The translations under genes were made by a program, and so were the position numbers. From an uncultured virus (IMG/VR IMGVR_UViG_3300021495_000067) (lineage: Duplodnaviria > Heunggongvirae > Uroviricota > Caudoviricetes), in IMG/VR virus record IMGVR_UViG_3300021495_000067: a stretch of DNA of 20,000 nt; one strand, written 5' to 3'. How positions within the stretch are numbered: the first letter of the stretch is position 1; each line of letters begins with the position of its first letter. The notes beneath the pieces are model-generated. The model was given only the letters and a program-made list of their open reading frames with translations, made no database searches and was not told where the DNA came from. This document shows positions 1 to 8,695 of this stretch, piece after piece.

Positions 1-86
1 TCTTCTTCTATCTCTATATTTTCCTCTGCTGTAACTTCATTATCATTCTTTTCCTTTATTATTCGTCTTCTTTGTTGTTTTTCCAT
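1..86 (-). CDS. Hypothetical protein, 5' part only (MEKQQRRRIIKEKNDNEVTAEENIEIEE...), runs off the window
   Basis: ATG at 86 preceded by AGGAGGT; open to the window edge. Not in the ORF track. Confidence 0.75.
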   Translation of the reverse strand, partial: MEKQQRRRIIKEKNDNEVTAEENIEIEE

Positions 87-99
87 TTTTTATACCTCC

Positions 100-420
100 T
101 CAATATGTCATATATTCTTCCTCTTCATATAAATCATATCTCAATTTCCGTGTGGCGCTTATTATGAAGTTCGTTACGCCTATTATAGGCAATGTATAGA
201 TTACTATATGCACCATTGTAATAAAGAATTGAGCATCATGTGATGATTGTGGCTCATAAAACTTCCAACTACCACCCAAGTTATACATATCTGCACAAAC
301 CAATACATCATGTATCTGGTCAACACCAACACCAATACTCATTGCTGATACAATACTTATCAATATACAAAATAACATAATAAAGAAACTTTCAATCAGA
401 TGCTTGCTGTATGTATTCAT
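100..420 (-). CDS. Two-TM membrane protein, 106 aa (start revised to ATG 420)
   Basis: GAGGTG RBS and ATGA overlap with the upstream stop; two hydrophobic segments and an acidic tail. Confidence 0.75.
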   Translation of the reverse strand: MNTYSKHLIESFFIMLFCILISIVSAMSIGVGVDQIHDVLVCADMYNLGGSWKFYEPQSSHDAQFFITMVHIVIYTLPIIGVTNFIISATRKLRYDLYEEEEYMTY

Positions 421-902
421 TTCATTCCCCACCTCGCCATAATATTCTCCGCCCAATTTATAAGGACATCTCTTTCTTTATTTTGTGTATTTATTTCTTT
501 TTTATTATTTTCTGTTCTATTTTCTGTTTTAGCTATTTTGTTCTGCTCTATATTTTCATAATTCCCATATTGGCCCATAAATGTTTGTATATATCGCTCT
601 CCAAAAGGTTGTAGTTTTTGTAGTTTATCCCATATTTTTAAAACTATATCATGAACTACATCATAAATTTCTATAAACTTCTCTTTTTTCTTTCTCTGTT
701 GGTATTTTGCATATAAATATATCTTAGCATCATCCACAGTAACACCTTCAAGCTTTTTGGATAATTGTTTCGCCTCAATATCCAGTTTGGACATGGCTTC
801 AGATTCTTTATATTGCACTATTGCCTGCTCTACACGCCGAATCACTTCCTTATTTCTTCTCATCATCTCTCTTTCACTGATACTATACTTATTAGAAGAC
901 AT
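417..902 (-). CDS. Helical charged hypothetical protein, paralogue of 922..1290
   Basis: Shares RVEQAI, GV..DA..YL, Q.F..RY.Q and A(D/E)NIM..W motifs with the neighbouring ORF. Confidence 0.8.
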   Translation of the reverse strand: MSSNKYSISEREMMRRNKEVIRRVEQAIVQYKESEAMSKLDIEAKQLSKKLEGVTVDDAKIYLYAKYQQRKKKEKFIEIYDVVHDIVLKIWDKLQKLQPFGERYIQTFMGQYGNYENIEQNKIAKTENRTENNKKEINTQNKERDVLINWAENIMARWGMK

Positions 903-921
903 AATAAAGAGTATACTTCTC

Positions 922-1290
922 TCATCTCCAGAATTTCATAATATTATCAGCGTATTGAGTTAGTCCAGTTTGGTCTTTGTTAGTTCCTTTCTGTCTTTTA
1001 TTACCTGTTTGTTCTTCATTGAGTAGTTGCTCGTATCTGTTTGCAAATGCTTGCATATCATCCATCATTTTCTTTAATTTCTTTCGTGCATGTTTGAGTT
1101 TCTTTTGTCGTTGTGCCTTACGCAACTGCATACGCAAATATGCTATTGCATCTGATTTACTTACACCATACTTCTTCACCATCTCCTCTGCCTTCTTTTC
1201 TATCTCCTTAGAACTGGTGAGTTCATTATATCGCTTAATAGCCTGCTCTACACGCTTTGCCGCCTTCTTATCTATTTTCATTTTCTTCAT
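922..1290 (-). CDS. Basic helical hypothetical protein, paralogue of 417..902; possible nucleoprotein
   Basis: K/R-rich; GGAGGTGA RBS just upstream; collinear similarity to 417..902. Confidence 0.8.
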   Translation of the reverse strand: MKKMKIDKKAAKRVEQAIKRYNELTSSKEIEKKAEEMVKKYGVSKSDAIAYLRMQLRKAQRQKKLKHARKKLKKMMDDMQAFANRYEQLLNEEQTGNKRQKGTNKDQTGLTQYADNIMKFWR

Positions 1291-1293
1291 TTT

Positions 1294-1569
1294 TTAATCA
1301 CCTCCTACTCGTTTCCTCAATAGTGCTATTACTATCGGATATATGAGGAAGAACCCTATTAATGCGAATATTGGTATAGCTTTAAACATTGTTACAGTGA
1401 AACTAAATGCTTTCTGCGTGCCAATAGAAACCATTTCATTGTTTATCATATTATTGAACTCCTCTATTAAGGCATTCACTATTGGCATTGAAACAATGTA
1501 TACAGCAGTGCATACGAGTAATGCCAGAACTATTACGAAGAATCCGAATGCCACTCCTTTGTTATCCAT
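1294..1569 (-). CDS. Hydrophobic two-helix protein with class III-like signal (MDNKG|VA), putative minor virion protein, 91 aa
   Basis: ATG at 1569; KG|VA followed by a hydrophobic helix, a second hydrophobic helix and a basic C-terminus, the same layout as the putative major capsid protein. Confidence 0.6.
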   Translation of the reverse strand: MDNKGVAFGFFVIVLALLVCTAVYIVSMPIVNALIEEFNNMINNEMVSIGTQKAFSFTVTMFKAIPIFALIGFFLIYPIVIALLRKRVGGD

Positions 1570-1720
1570 AGGGTTCTTCCTCAATAATAATATAAGTTTC
1601 TTTTTATATATATTATTTTATCAAATTCAAATTTCGCTTCATAAACTACAAATTTTGCAAAACTCGCATCTGGTTTTTGATAGGCGCTCTATCTATTCTA
1701 ATATTAGAGGAAATCGAAAA

Positions 1721-1736
1721 TCGGGGGTTCGGGGGT
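1721..1736 (+). repeat. Tandem TCGGGGGT x2 within a 180-bp intergenic region
   Basis: Direct reading; GC-rich strings in AT-rich non-coding DNA. Confidence 0.8.
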
Positions 1737-1765
1737 TTAGATATTTATTGCGAAATCTGAGTGCA

Positions 1766-2740
1766 TCAAGCCCCCGCGCCCGCTTCTATCTGTTGCAATT
1801 CTGTATTATTTCTTTCTTTTTCTTTGAGCCAATTACGGAAATTCTTTCTATCACAATCAACTATTTCACATGCTTTTCTTTGACTTAATCCTGCTGCTAT
1901 CATTTTTTCCACTGCTCTGTATTTCTCTTCATTTGTGAATTTTTTCACAGGTTTGTTTTTCTTTTCCTTTTTCTCTCTTTCTTCCTCATCAGCTTTCATA
2001 CGCTCTACTCGTATCTCTCTTGCTGCTTCTCGTCGTAACTTGTCATACTGCTCCCATAACTCTTTTGGTGGTGTTGGAGAAGCGAATCGCACTACTGCTA
2101 CCCCCTCTGTTGTTCTGGGATAGTGATAATGTGGTGCATGACCTCGTGGCTTGCCTACTACATAAAACACTTTCGGCAGTGTCCAGCCATAATCAAATAA
2201 TGACATATCCATCTCTATCTGATAATTCACCAAATTTCTCGGAACTTTGTCTATCAAAAAGTCCGATATTATTGACATCATCACTACTGTATTCTCTGTT
2301 CTAAAGACCTGAAAGACATCATTTAATAACCGATTGCCACGAGACATCGCCTCTCGTGCACTCCATGCTATTCCTATATCATCAAAACAATAAACATTAT
2401 ACTGCTTTACATCCGATAATACCTCCTTTACTCGTCTCTCGTCCATTACTACTATATTATCAAGATTAAAATAATCACTCCATTTCTTATTAACTCCTTT
2501 TTTACGGTTCTGGATACGTGCTATCTCACATGCTATACCATAGCCCAGCGTTAAACTCAGCCAGCTCTTGCCTCTACCCTGCATACCTACCACTATTATA
2601 CGTGCATCCTGATTATGTTTGGATGTAACTTTTCTTGCTATCTCAACTGCTAATGGCTGCTTTGGTGCTTGATTTATGAACGGACTTAATTCATCTGCAC
2701 CTTCCAGAACTTCATATACTGGCACTTCGCTGTATTTCAT
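1766..2740 (-). CDS. P-loop ATPase (viral morphogenesis/packaging type) with C-terminal helix-turn-helix
   Basis: Walker A GMQGRGKS, Walker B VYCFDD, later FR and IDKVPRNL motifs; charged linker then EKYRAVEKMIAAGLSQRKACEIVDCDRKNFRNWLK, an HTH pattern. Confidence 0.85.
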   Translation of the reverse strand: MKYSEVPVYEVLEGADELSPFINQAPKQPLAVEIARKVTSKHNQDARIIVVGMQGRGKSWLSLTLGYGIACEIARIQNRKKGVNKKWSDYFNLDNIVVMDERRVKEVLSDVKQYNVYCFDDIGIAWSAREAMSRGNRLLNDVFQVFRTENTVVMMSIISDFLIDKVPRNLVNYQIEMDMSLFDYGWTLPKVFYVVGKPRGHAPHYHYPRTTEGVAVVRFASPTPPKELWEQYDKLRREAAREIRVERMKADEEEREKKEKKNKPVKKFTNEEKYRAVEKMIAAGLSQRKACEIVDCDRKNFRNWLKEKERNNTELQQIEAGAGA

Positions 2741-3303
2741 TCTTCTTCGTTCACCTCCTCCTCAGTATATTCACCATCCGAATAATCACTACCTTCCTCT
2801 ACTCTACCTGCTTCTTCTATCTTTACGCCCATCTTTTTTAAATCATCCTCACATAAATTCAAATCTGTAATAATAGGTGGTGCATCCAGATTTTTCATAT
2901 CCTCTGGCGCTATTAATAACCCTATTGTCTGTCGCTTTTCGTATTTCTCATCAAATAATCCTATTATATTCGCCATTGTCTTTACTGACTCCTCTATCCT
3001 TATCCTGCCTATTTCTGCATTTGTTATTGAACCACCATTATTCGATTTCTGCTCCTTAATACGGTCTCTTATTCGTTGTTCCAATTCAATCATCAAATCT
3101 TCTTTCTTATGGCGCACATAGCCCATACCCAGCCATGTTAATAGCTCTGGACGTATATCTGTTTCGCTTTTCAAATCTGCAACTGTTGATGCATATATGC
3201 TTATAAAGGTATAAAAAGAAGGTACTAACCCCGTATCTATACGCTCTTGTAGCCCTAACTCAAATTTGCGCACCTTTATATTATCAAATTTCGTTCTCAT
3301 CAT
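2737..3303 (-). CDS. Hypothetical protein with acidic C-terminal tail
   Basis: GGAGGTGA RBS; ATGA overlap couples it to the ATPase. Confidence 0.8.
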   Translation of the reverse strand: MMRTKFDNIKVRKFELGLQERIDTGLVPSFYTFISIYASTVADLKSETDIRPELLTWLGMGYVRHKKEDLMIELEQRIRDRIKEQKSNNGGSITNAEIGRIRIEESVKTMANIIGLFDEKYEKRQTIGLLIAPEDMKNLDAPPIITDLNLCEDDLKKMGVKIEEAGRVEEGSDYSDGEYTEEEVNEEE

Positions 3304-3313
3304 TTCTGCCCAA

Positions 3314-3670
3314 TCACCTCCTGAAACTCAGAATACCTTTATCAAATAATGCCTGACTGTATTTAAGAAATAATTCTATTCCTTTCTTTTGATTGGATAA
3401 TACACCATCATTAAACCACTTATCTACATCATCAAGCAATTTCTTATTATCATCACGTTTAAGGCTATTATCAACCCTTGTAAAGTAAAATAATGATTGA
3501 AATTTTGAAGCAAAATTGACATAAAAAAGTTTCTGATTACCTGCATGGCGTAATGAACTATTTCTATATAATTCAAGATACTTTATCGCTGCACGATAGC
3601 AATCTTCAATATCTCGCTTGATACTATCCGATTTCTCTATTGGCTTTACATTATTGTCATGTGTATCCAT
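3314..3670 (-). CDS. Hypothetical helical protein
   Basis: GAGGTGA RBS with AT-rich promoter-like DNA upstream; in operon with the ATPase. Confidence 0.8.
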   Translation of the reverse strand: MDTHDNNVKPIEKSDSIKRDIEDCYRAAIKYLELYRNSSLRHAGNQKLFYVNFASKFQSLFYFTRVDNSLKRDDNKKLLDDVDKWFNDGVLSNQKKGIELFLKYSQALFDKGILSFRR

Positions 3671-3719
3671 CAGTTATCACCTCTTTAATTAATAATTTAA
3701 TTTCTCAATATTTAAATTT

Positions 3720-4502
3720 TTAACTCCGCTCCTTTAACATGCTGTAAATCACACCGAAGATACTGAATGAGACAAGTAGGATTGCTGGTAGATGGAACTC
3801 CGCAGGTGCAAATCCCAATAATGCACCACCTACAATTATGCCTATCACTGACGGTATCATAATGTTCTCTTGTCGCAACCATAACATTAAGAAGAATACA
3901 CCAAAGAAAATAACAAAGAATAAATTGCCTATGATGTTTGTGTATGGCGTTACTGTGCTTTCTGCAAAATTAAAGAAATCAGGCACTGCACTCTCATTTA
4001 TAGCTCCTTCGTATCCTGTTAAGGCTGTTATGAGTGCATAATATGGGGTATCATCTATACTGGCTACTGTCTCATTAGTTTTTATACGTAATACACAGCA
4101 TTTTACTGTGTCTTTGGCTGTATGTCCAGCATTGTCTGTTACTGTTAATGTAACATACCATGAACGCCAGTATGAAGGATAAACATGTGTAACATAAATA
4201 GAAGATTCGTTTGTTTCATTTATTGTGCTATTACCATCACCAAAGTTCCAGTTGTATGTATATGGTGGAGTGGCATTTATCCCACCCACAGTAGCATTAA
4301 ATTCTGCTGTTTGGTTTATAGTTATTGGACAATTACATGATACTGATACTACAAAATCCACTGGTGGTGGTGTCGGTGTCGGTTCTGGGACTATCCAGTG
4401 AACAAGAAAGCCTTGATACTCTGCTAATACTACACCTGATATTATACCCAATACTATGCATATTAAAAAAATGGGAATAAATATTTTTTTTAATTCGAGC
4501 AT
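3720..4502 (-). CDS. Signal peptide + Pro-rich linker + PKD domain + about 3 C-terminal TM helices; putative fibre base/anchor
   Basis: PKD motifs YTYNWNFGDG and VTLTVTDNAG; PEPTPTPPP linker; hydrophobic C-terminus; several N-x-S/T sequons. Confidence 0.85.
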   Translation of the reverse strand: MLELKKIFIPIFLICIVLGIISGVVLAEYQGFLVHWIVPEPTPTPPPVDFVVSVSCNCPITINQTAEFNATVGGINATPPYTYNWNFGDGNSTINETNESSIYVTHVYPSYWRSWYVTLTVTDNAGHTAKDTVKCCVLRIKTNETVASIDDTPYYALITALTGYEGAINESAVPDFFNFAESTVTPYTNIIGNLFFVIFFGVFFLMLWLRQENIMIPSVIGIIVGGALLGFAPAEFHLPAILLVSFSIFGVIYSMLKERS

Positions 4503-4509
4503 TTTCTTT

Positions 4510-5334
4510 TTATATAACTTTTATTTTTAAAGTTGCCCTCGCTCCCACATTGAATGTTGATGCATCTACATATTTGTTCTTCCTGCCTACTTCTATCCAT
4601 TTTTCAAACTTCTCTGGCAATTTGCCTTCCTTTTCTGCTTGATATTTTGCTCTTGTTATCATCTCCTGCTCCTCTGGTGTTGATTCTCTCCTCAATACCT
4701 GCCAGAACCATTTCTTTGCCTGTTCCTTATCTGGTCGCACTGCGTTAATATTAATTGTGTAATTCCCTTTTGGTGGCTCTTTCTTGATTGTTACATTTAT
4801 TGTTAATCGCTTAACCCAATCCTTTGCAAATACTGGGAATGTTGGTTTTAATAGGAACTGGTTAGGTGTAATCTCTACATCAAAATATTCATTATCCTCA
4901 GGCACGAGTTTTATGCCTTGATAGGTCTCTATGCCATAGCCTGTGCGATAGAGAACAGTAAAGTTAATCCATGAACCTACCTCTGTGGTAGTGAATACAA
5001 CTTCGGGGTCTGCTGGATATGCGCCATGACCGTAAACCCCCCATCGGCTGTAATCATGTTGCTCATAAAAATGCTTTGCACTGCCCCAATTTGGATAAAA
5101 ATCAGGTTGTAGCCAGTAGGATTCATTAAGTTCTGAAATGTCTATGTAGCCACTATCCATCTCTCGCTTTATTAATGCATAGTCGTCAGGCTTGTCTGGT
5201 ATGTTCTTCATATAATCTATTGGTGGCACTTGTTTTATGTCAGCATTAAAAGAATAGGTCTGGTAGGAGATAGCTATAACTACTCCTACCACTACTATCA
5301 TTACTACTCCAACCAGAATGCCTAATTTGTTCAT
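4510..5334 (-). CDS. N-terminally membrane-anchored extracellular protein, beta-rich, unknown function
   Basis: N-terminal TM helix; aromatic/Gly-rich motifs (YWLQPDFYPNW, RWGVYGHGAYP) and Ig-like strands (PPKGNYTINI). Confidence 0.75.
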   Translation of the reverse strand: MNKLGILVGVVMIVVVGVVIAISYQTYSFNADIKQVPPIDYMKNIPDKPDDYALIKREMDSGYIDISELNESYWLQPDFYPNWGSAKHFYEQHDYSRWGVYGHGAYPADPEVVFTTTEVGSWINFTVLYRTGYGIETYQGIKLVPEDNEYFDVEITPNQFLLKPTFPVFAKDWVKRLTINVTIKKEPPKGNYTININAVRPDKEQAKKWFWQVLRRESTPEEQEMITRAKYQAEKEGKLPEKFEKWIEVGRKNKYVDASTFNVGARATLKIKVI

Positions 5335-5361
5335 TTCTGCTCCAATTATCTACTCACTTCA

Positions 5362-5886
5362 TTAAGATATACTGGCACTTATCATCAATGTTCGTGTCGT
5401 ATCTCCTCCAGATGCGTTTGTTATATTGCTCCAGAAATATACTGCTCTTTGCTGCCCCGAATTAACAAATCCAAGAAATGCTACTGGTGTTGTGTTAAAT
5501 TCTATTGCATCTGCTTGGTCTGGAACCACACCTGGACTGAGAGCTCTAACCTTAATTGTAGCCCATGATGGCTTTGCTGAGGTTAGATTACAGTAGAAAT
5601 CCAACTCAGTATTGCCTGTATTCTCAATAGTTATTATTGGTGTAGTATTTGCTGCATCCTGCCCATCAGGTTCAATTAAGTTTTCGGTTGTAGATGATGC
5701 TGTGAAATTTATCTGTGTCTGGCTGCCTGCGAAAGTCACTGTAAAGCTCGTATCTGAAGGTATACTCCATAATACTGTTCCTGTCCAGGGATTATCGGCG
5801 TCATAAGCTATCGCTGTGCTTGCTATCCCTGATATTACTACCATCGCTGATATTACTATTGCAGATATTTTTTCTATTTTTTCCAT
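5362..5886 (-). CDS. Secreted Ig-like glycoprotein; putative fibre shaft subunit
   Basis: Signal peptide ending AIA|Y; I.NTGN motif; six N-x-S/T sequons; homologous to the C-terminal domain of 5944..8274; has its own TATA box and GGAGGTGA RBS. Confidence 0.8.
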   Translation of the reverse strand: MEKIEKISAIVISAMVVISGIASTAIAYDADNPWTGTVLWSIPSDTSFTVTFAGSQTQINFTASSTTENLIEPDGQDAANTTPIITIENTGNTELDFYCNLTSAKPSWATIKVRALSPGVVPDQADAIEFNTTPVAFLGFVNSGQQRAVYFWSNITNASGGDTTRTLMISASIS

Positions 5887-5930
5887 TTTTTCTTTTTATT
5901 TCACCTCCTAACATATATTTAGATTTAGAG

Positions 5931-5945
5931 ATATAAAAAAGTTTT
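5931..5945 (-). promoter_or_regulatory. Archaeal BRE/TATA promoter for 5362..5886
   Basis: AAAACTTTTTTATAT on the minus strand, near-identical to the motifs at 9677 and 11666. Confidence 0.6.
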
Positions 5946-8274
5946 ATGTAGTTTGAGATACATTTATCTCCAACTCCTTTTCTGTCTCTTGCTCCTCAGC
6001 ATGAGACAAATCCGTCCATAGCCATACATTCAAATACTCATTAGGTGGCAAATCCTCGCATAAAACTGCATAGGTTGTATTTATCTCTTTTGCACCTGAA
6101 GGATTGTTATCTGTATCTGCTTTTAAAATTACATTTGGTATAGTAGCATTGATTTTCATTTTTACGGTTAAATTAACATTACCTGTATTTGAAATATTAT
6201 AAAACGGCTGGCTATCTGATTGTCCCTCTGGCGGATAGTTTGTCTGGGTTGATGGGTTCTCTACACCTGTAAGGTTAAAGTGAGCATAGGTATAGCCTGC
6301 TGGTAAGGTTACTGTAAAAGAAGTATCTTGTTGCTCTTCACTGCCCAATTCTGCTGTTGGCTCTGGGTCGGCGTATTTGCGGACGCAGAGGTTATCCATA
6401 TGAACTCCTGAAATTGCATTATATCCCGCCTTTCTTATCCAAAATACATCAGCAGAAGTGAAAGTTGTGTCTGTAGCTGTACCTAAGGAATTACCATCTT
6501 CGAATGTTTCCCAATTCCCATTTTGATCAACCACAATTTTAATATGATGCCACACTGTGTCCGATGTTCGATCGGAAGGCGCTATTAGAGATGCACTATT
6601 TCCATCTACTACTTTAACTAAATCTCTGTTGACCATCGTTCCACCGTCATCCCGCCATCCGAATTGGTAATAATTATTCGCGTCTATCCTCATAAACGCT
6701 GTATAAATTCCAAAATTTGAGACACTGCCTTGTCGAGAATCTTGTTTTGCGTCCCATTCCCAAACATATCCACTGGTAGTGAGATTTACGGAAATGAATA
6801 CCCATAGTTTATCAGGATTATTATCATTTCCTGGTAAATTTAGAACTCCGTCACTCTCACTGGGATTACCACTTTCTATCGTCCACGGTGGAGAAAGAAT
6901 TCCATCCTCAAAATCATCAAAAAACTCAAAAGTCGCCTCGCCATCACTCGCAGAACTAGCAGAAGGGTTGCCGTAATAAAGGTAGTAGGTATCGTTGCAC
7001 CATGAATTTGCTGGTATATAGGATGCATTGAACCATATCTTGCACCAGTTACCATCAGATTTGTTCTCTATCCAATATGGAACTGTCTCGCCTGAAGTCT
7101 CATTTACTACCCTTATATCATCGAAATCGGGTTGCATATCGCTGTCATAGCTTATATTTAACGGCACTTGGTAATAAGTCTGCGCACTACCGCCAGTGTT
7201 ATCAATATGTATAGGGCGTTTTCTGCTCCATGAAGCATTCCACCACGGGTCTAATACCATAAAGTGCCCGCTTGATATGGCTTCACTTAAAGTCTCCGCA
7301 CTTCTCTTTACTGCAAAGTAATACTTACCGCTCGTGCCTTCCGTTGTAACTGGCACTTTTACATACGCTCTTGCGGTATAGGTCTTGTTAGGTTTAATTT
7401 CAAAATTCTTGATATACCACCATTTATCCATACCTTTATAATTATGTTCTATATGGTCTAAATACTTCCCTACATTAATCCAATTTTCAACCCTTGAATG
7501 GTTTGTATGCCAGAATGCTGTATAATTCGTGCCGTTCTGTTCGTAACTATCAAAACAAACAACCGCAGAGGTGGTATCACATTCCGTTGTGTTGTTATAT
7601 CCTGAACAGACTTGATATGTTATTTTGCGCTTGTATGAATTGTATTCATTCCCATAATCACAAGGCTCATCAGTAACCGAAATGGAAGAGACATTATAGA
7701 AGAACATGGAATGGCTTGTTGTCCAGTTCACGAAATGTGGCTTATAAAATTCAGCCTTAACCGGTTTTACTTCGGTGGTATTGAATCCCCATAGGAAATC
7801 CAAATCACCGAAATCTTTATACACTGTAACATTGAAATATACCCACCCTGAACAGTAAATTGTATGTGGATACACCTCCAATCTCCCCCATGAACTGTTA
7901 TCTACATAAACCTTATCACCTTCTTTTATCCAGCTACCGAACTCATAAACATCGGACTGACTACCTATTTTTAATTTAAACTGTTCACCATTGTAATTAT
8001 AAATAATCACCTCATCAGGTTTTATTTTGTATTTCTTACCTTCTAATCCAATTATCTGGATTTTTTCGTTGTTAGGGTTAGAGATATGAATGATAAGATT
8101 TCCATCTTTGATGTAAGAAGAAGTTATCGCTGAAACTACGCTGTTATCGTTGTTTATCAAATCATAGCCTACTTCTTTTTCTGCTACTGCTGGATTGGAT
8201 TTATTAACCATAAAAACACCTGAAATTATTGCTATTGCTAAAACCATACCTATCAGTATTTTTCTGCCTATCAT
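5944..8274 (-). CDS. Large secreted adhesin/receptor-binding protein: N-terminal beta domains, DUF2341, concanavalin/LamG-like domain, C-terminal Ig-like domain
   Basis: Signal peptide; DUF2341 signature WNASWSRKRPI..DFDDIRVV..VPYWIE..YYLYYGNP..FEFFDDFE; lectin-like WHHIKIVV..MDNLCVRKY; many sequons. Confidence 0.85.
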   Translation of the reverse strand: MIGRKILIGMVLAIAIISGVFMVNKSNPAVAEKEVGYDLINNDNSVVSAITSSYIKDGNLIIHISNPNNEKIQIIGLEGKKYKIKPDEVIIYNYNGEQFKLKIGSQSDVYEFGSWIKEGDKVYVDNSSWGRLEVYPHTIYCSGWVYFNVTVYKDFGDLDFLWGFNTTEVKPVKAEFYKPHFVNWTTSHSMFFYNVSSISVTDEPCDYGNEYNSYKRKITYQVCSGYNNTTECDTTSAVVCFDSYEQNGTNYTAFWHTNHSRVENWINVGKYLDHIEHNYKGMDKWWYIKNFEIKPNKTYTARAYVKVPVTTEGTSGKYYFAVKRSAETLSEAISSGHFMVLDPWWNASWSRKRPIHIDNTGGSAQTYYQVPLNISYDSDMQPDFDDIRVVNETSGETVPYWIENKSDGNWCKIWFNASYIPANSWCNDTYYLYYGNPSASSASDGEATFEFFDDFEDGILSPPWTIESGNPSESDGVLNLPGNDNNPDKLWVFISVNLTTSGYVWEWDAKQDSRQGSVSNFGIYTAFMRIDANNYYQFGWRDDGGTMVNRDLVKVVDGNSASLIAPSDRTSDTVWHHIKIVVDQNGNWETFEDGNSLGTATDTTFTSADVFWIRKAGYNAISGVHMDNLCVRKYADPEPTAELGSEEQQDTSFTVTLPAGYTYAHFNLTGVENPSTQTNYPPEGQSDSQPFYNISNTGNVNLTVKMKINATIPNVILKADTDNNPSGAKEINTTYAVLCEDLPPNEYLNVWLWTDLSHAEEQETEKELEINVSQTT

Positions 8275-8314
8275 TTCTCCTCACTATAAAATTTATTTTA
8301 TCTTTATAAAAATT

Positions 8315-8689
8315 TTATTCTATGTTTTTACCACTCCTACCAGTTAAAAATTGAACAGCACCCCATGAATATACGAGCCAAATCGGTCCCTGTATCATTG
8401 CTATCACCTGTGCAGGCACACCATACTGCACGAGCATAGGAATAATTGTTATTGCACCTGCTATTGCTGAAAAGAACACAGTAAACATCTCAAGTAGTAT
8501 TTTAGGTGCAAAAACAAACAAATCATAACTGTGTAGTGTTTCTGTATCACTAACAACTTCAGCTATTTTTGTATCGTTTATTGGTTGTGCCATCTCTACA
8601 ACATGAGTATCAAAAATACCCATACTGTTTACACCACTTATTACTGCATTTAGTATAAACAATGCCAACGCTATGTTATATGCTTTCAT
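8315..8689 (-). CDS. Small hydrophobic membrane protein, probable virion component
   Basis: Two to three hydrophobic segments; lies in the structural module. Confidence 0.75.
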   Translation of the reverse strand: MKAYNIALALFILNAVISGVNSMGIFDTHVVEMAQPINDTKIAEVVSDTETLHSYDLFVFAPKILLEMFTVFFSAIAGAITIIPMLVQYGVPAQVIAMIQGPIWLVYSWGAVQFLTGRSGKNIE

Positions 8690-8695
8690 AGTATT

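Noticed and set aside
5362..8274. Diversity-generating retroelement acting on the adhesin
   Set aside because: No reverse transcriptase and no near-identical TR/VR pair seen; the duplicated domain is similar only at protein level.
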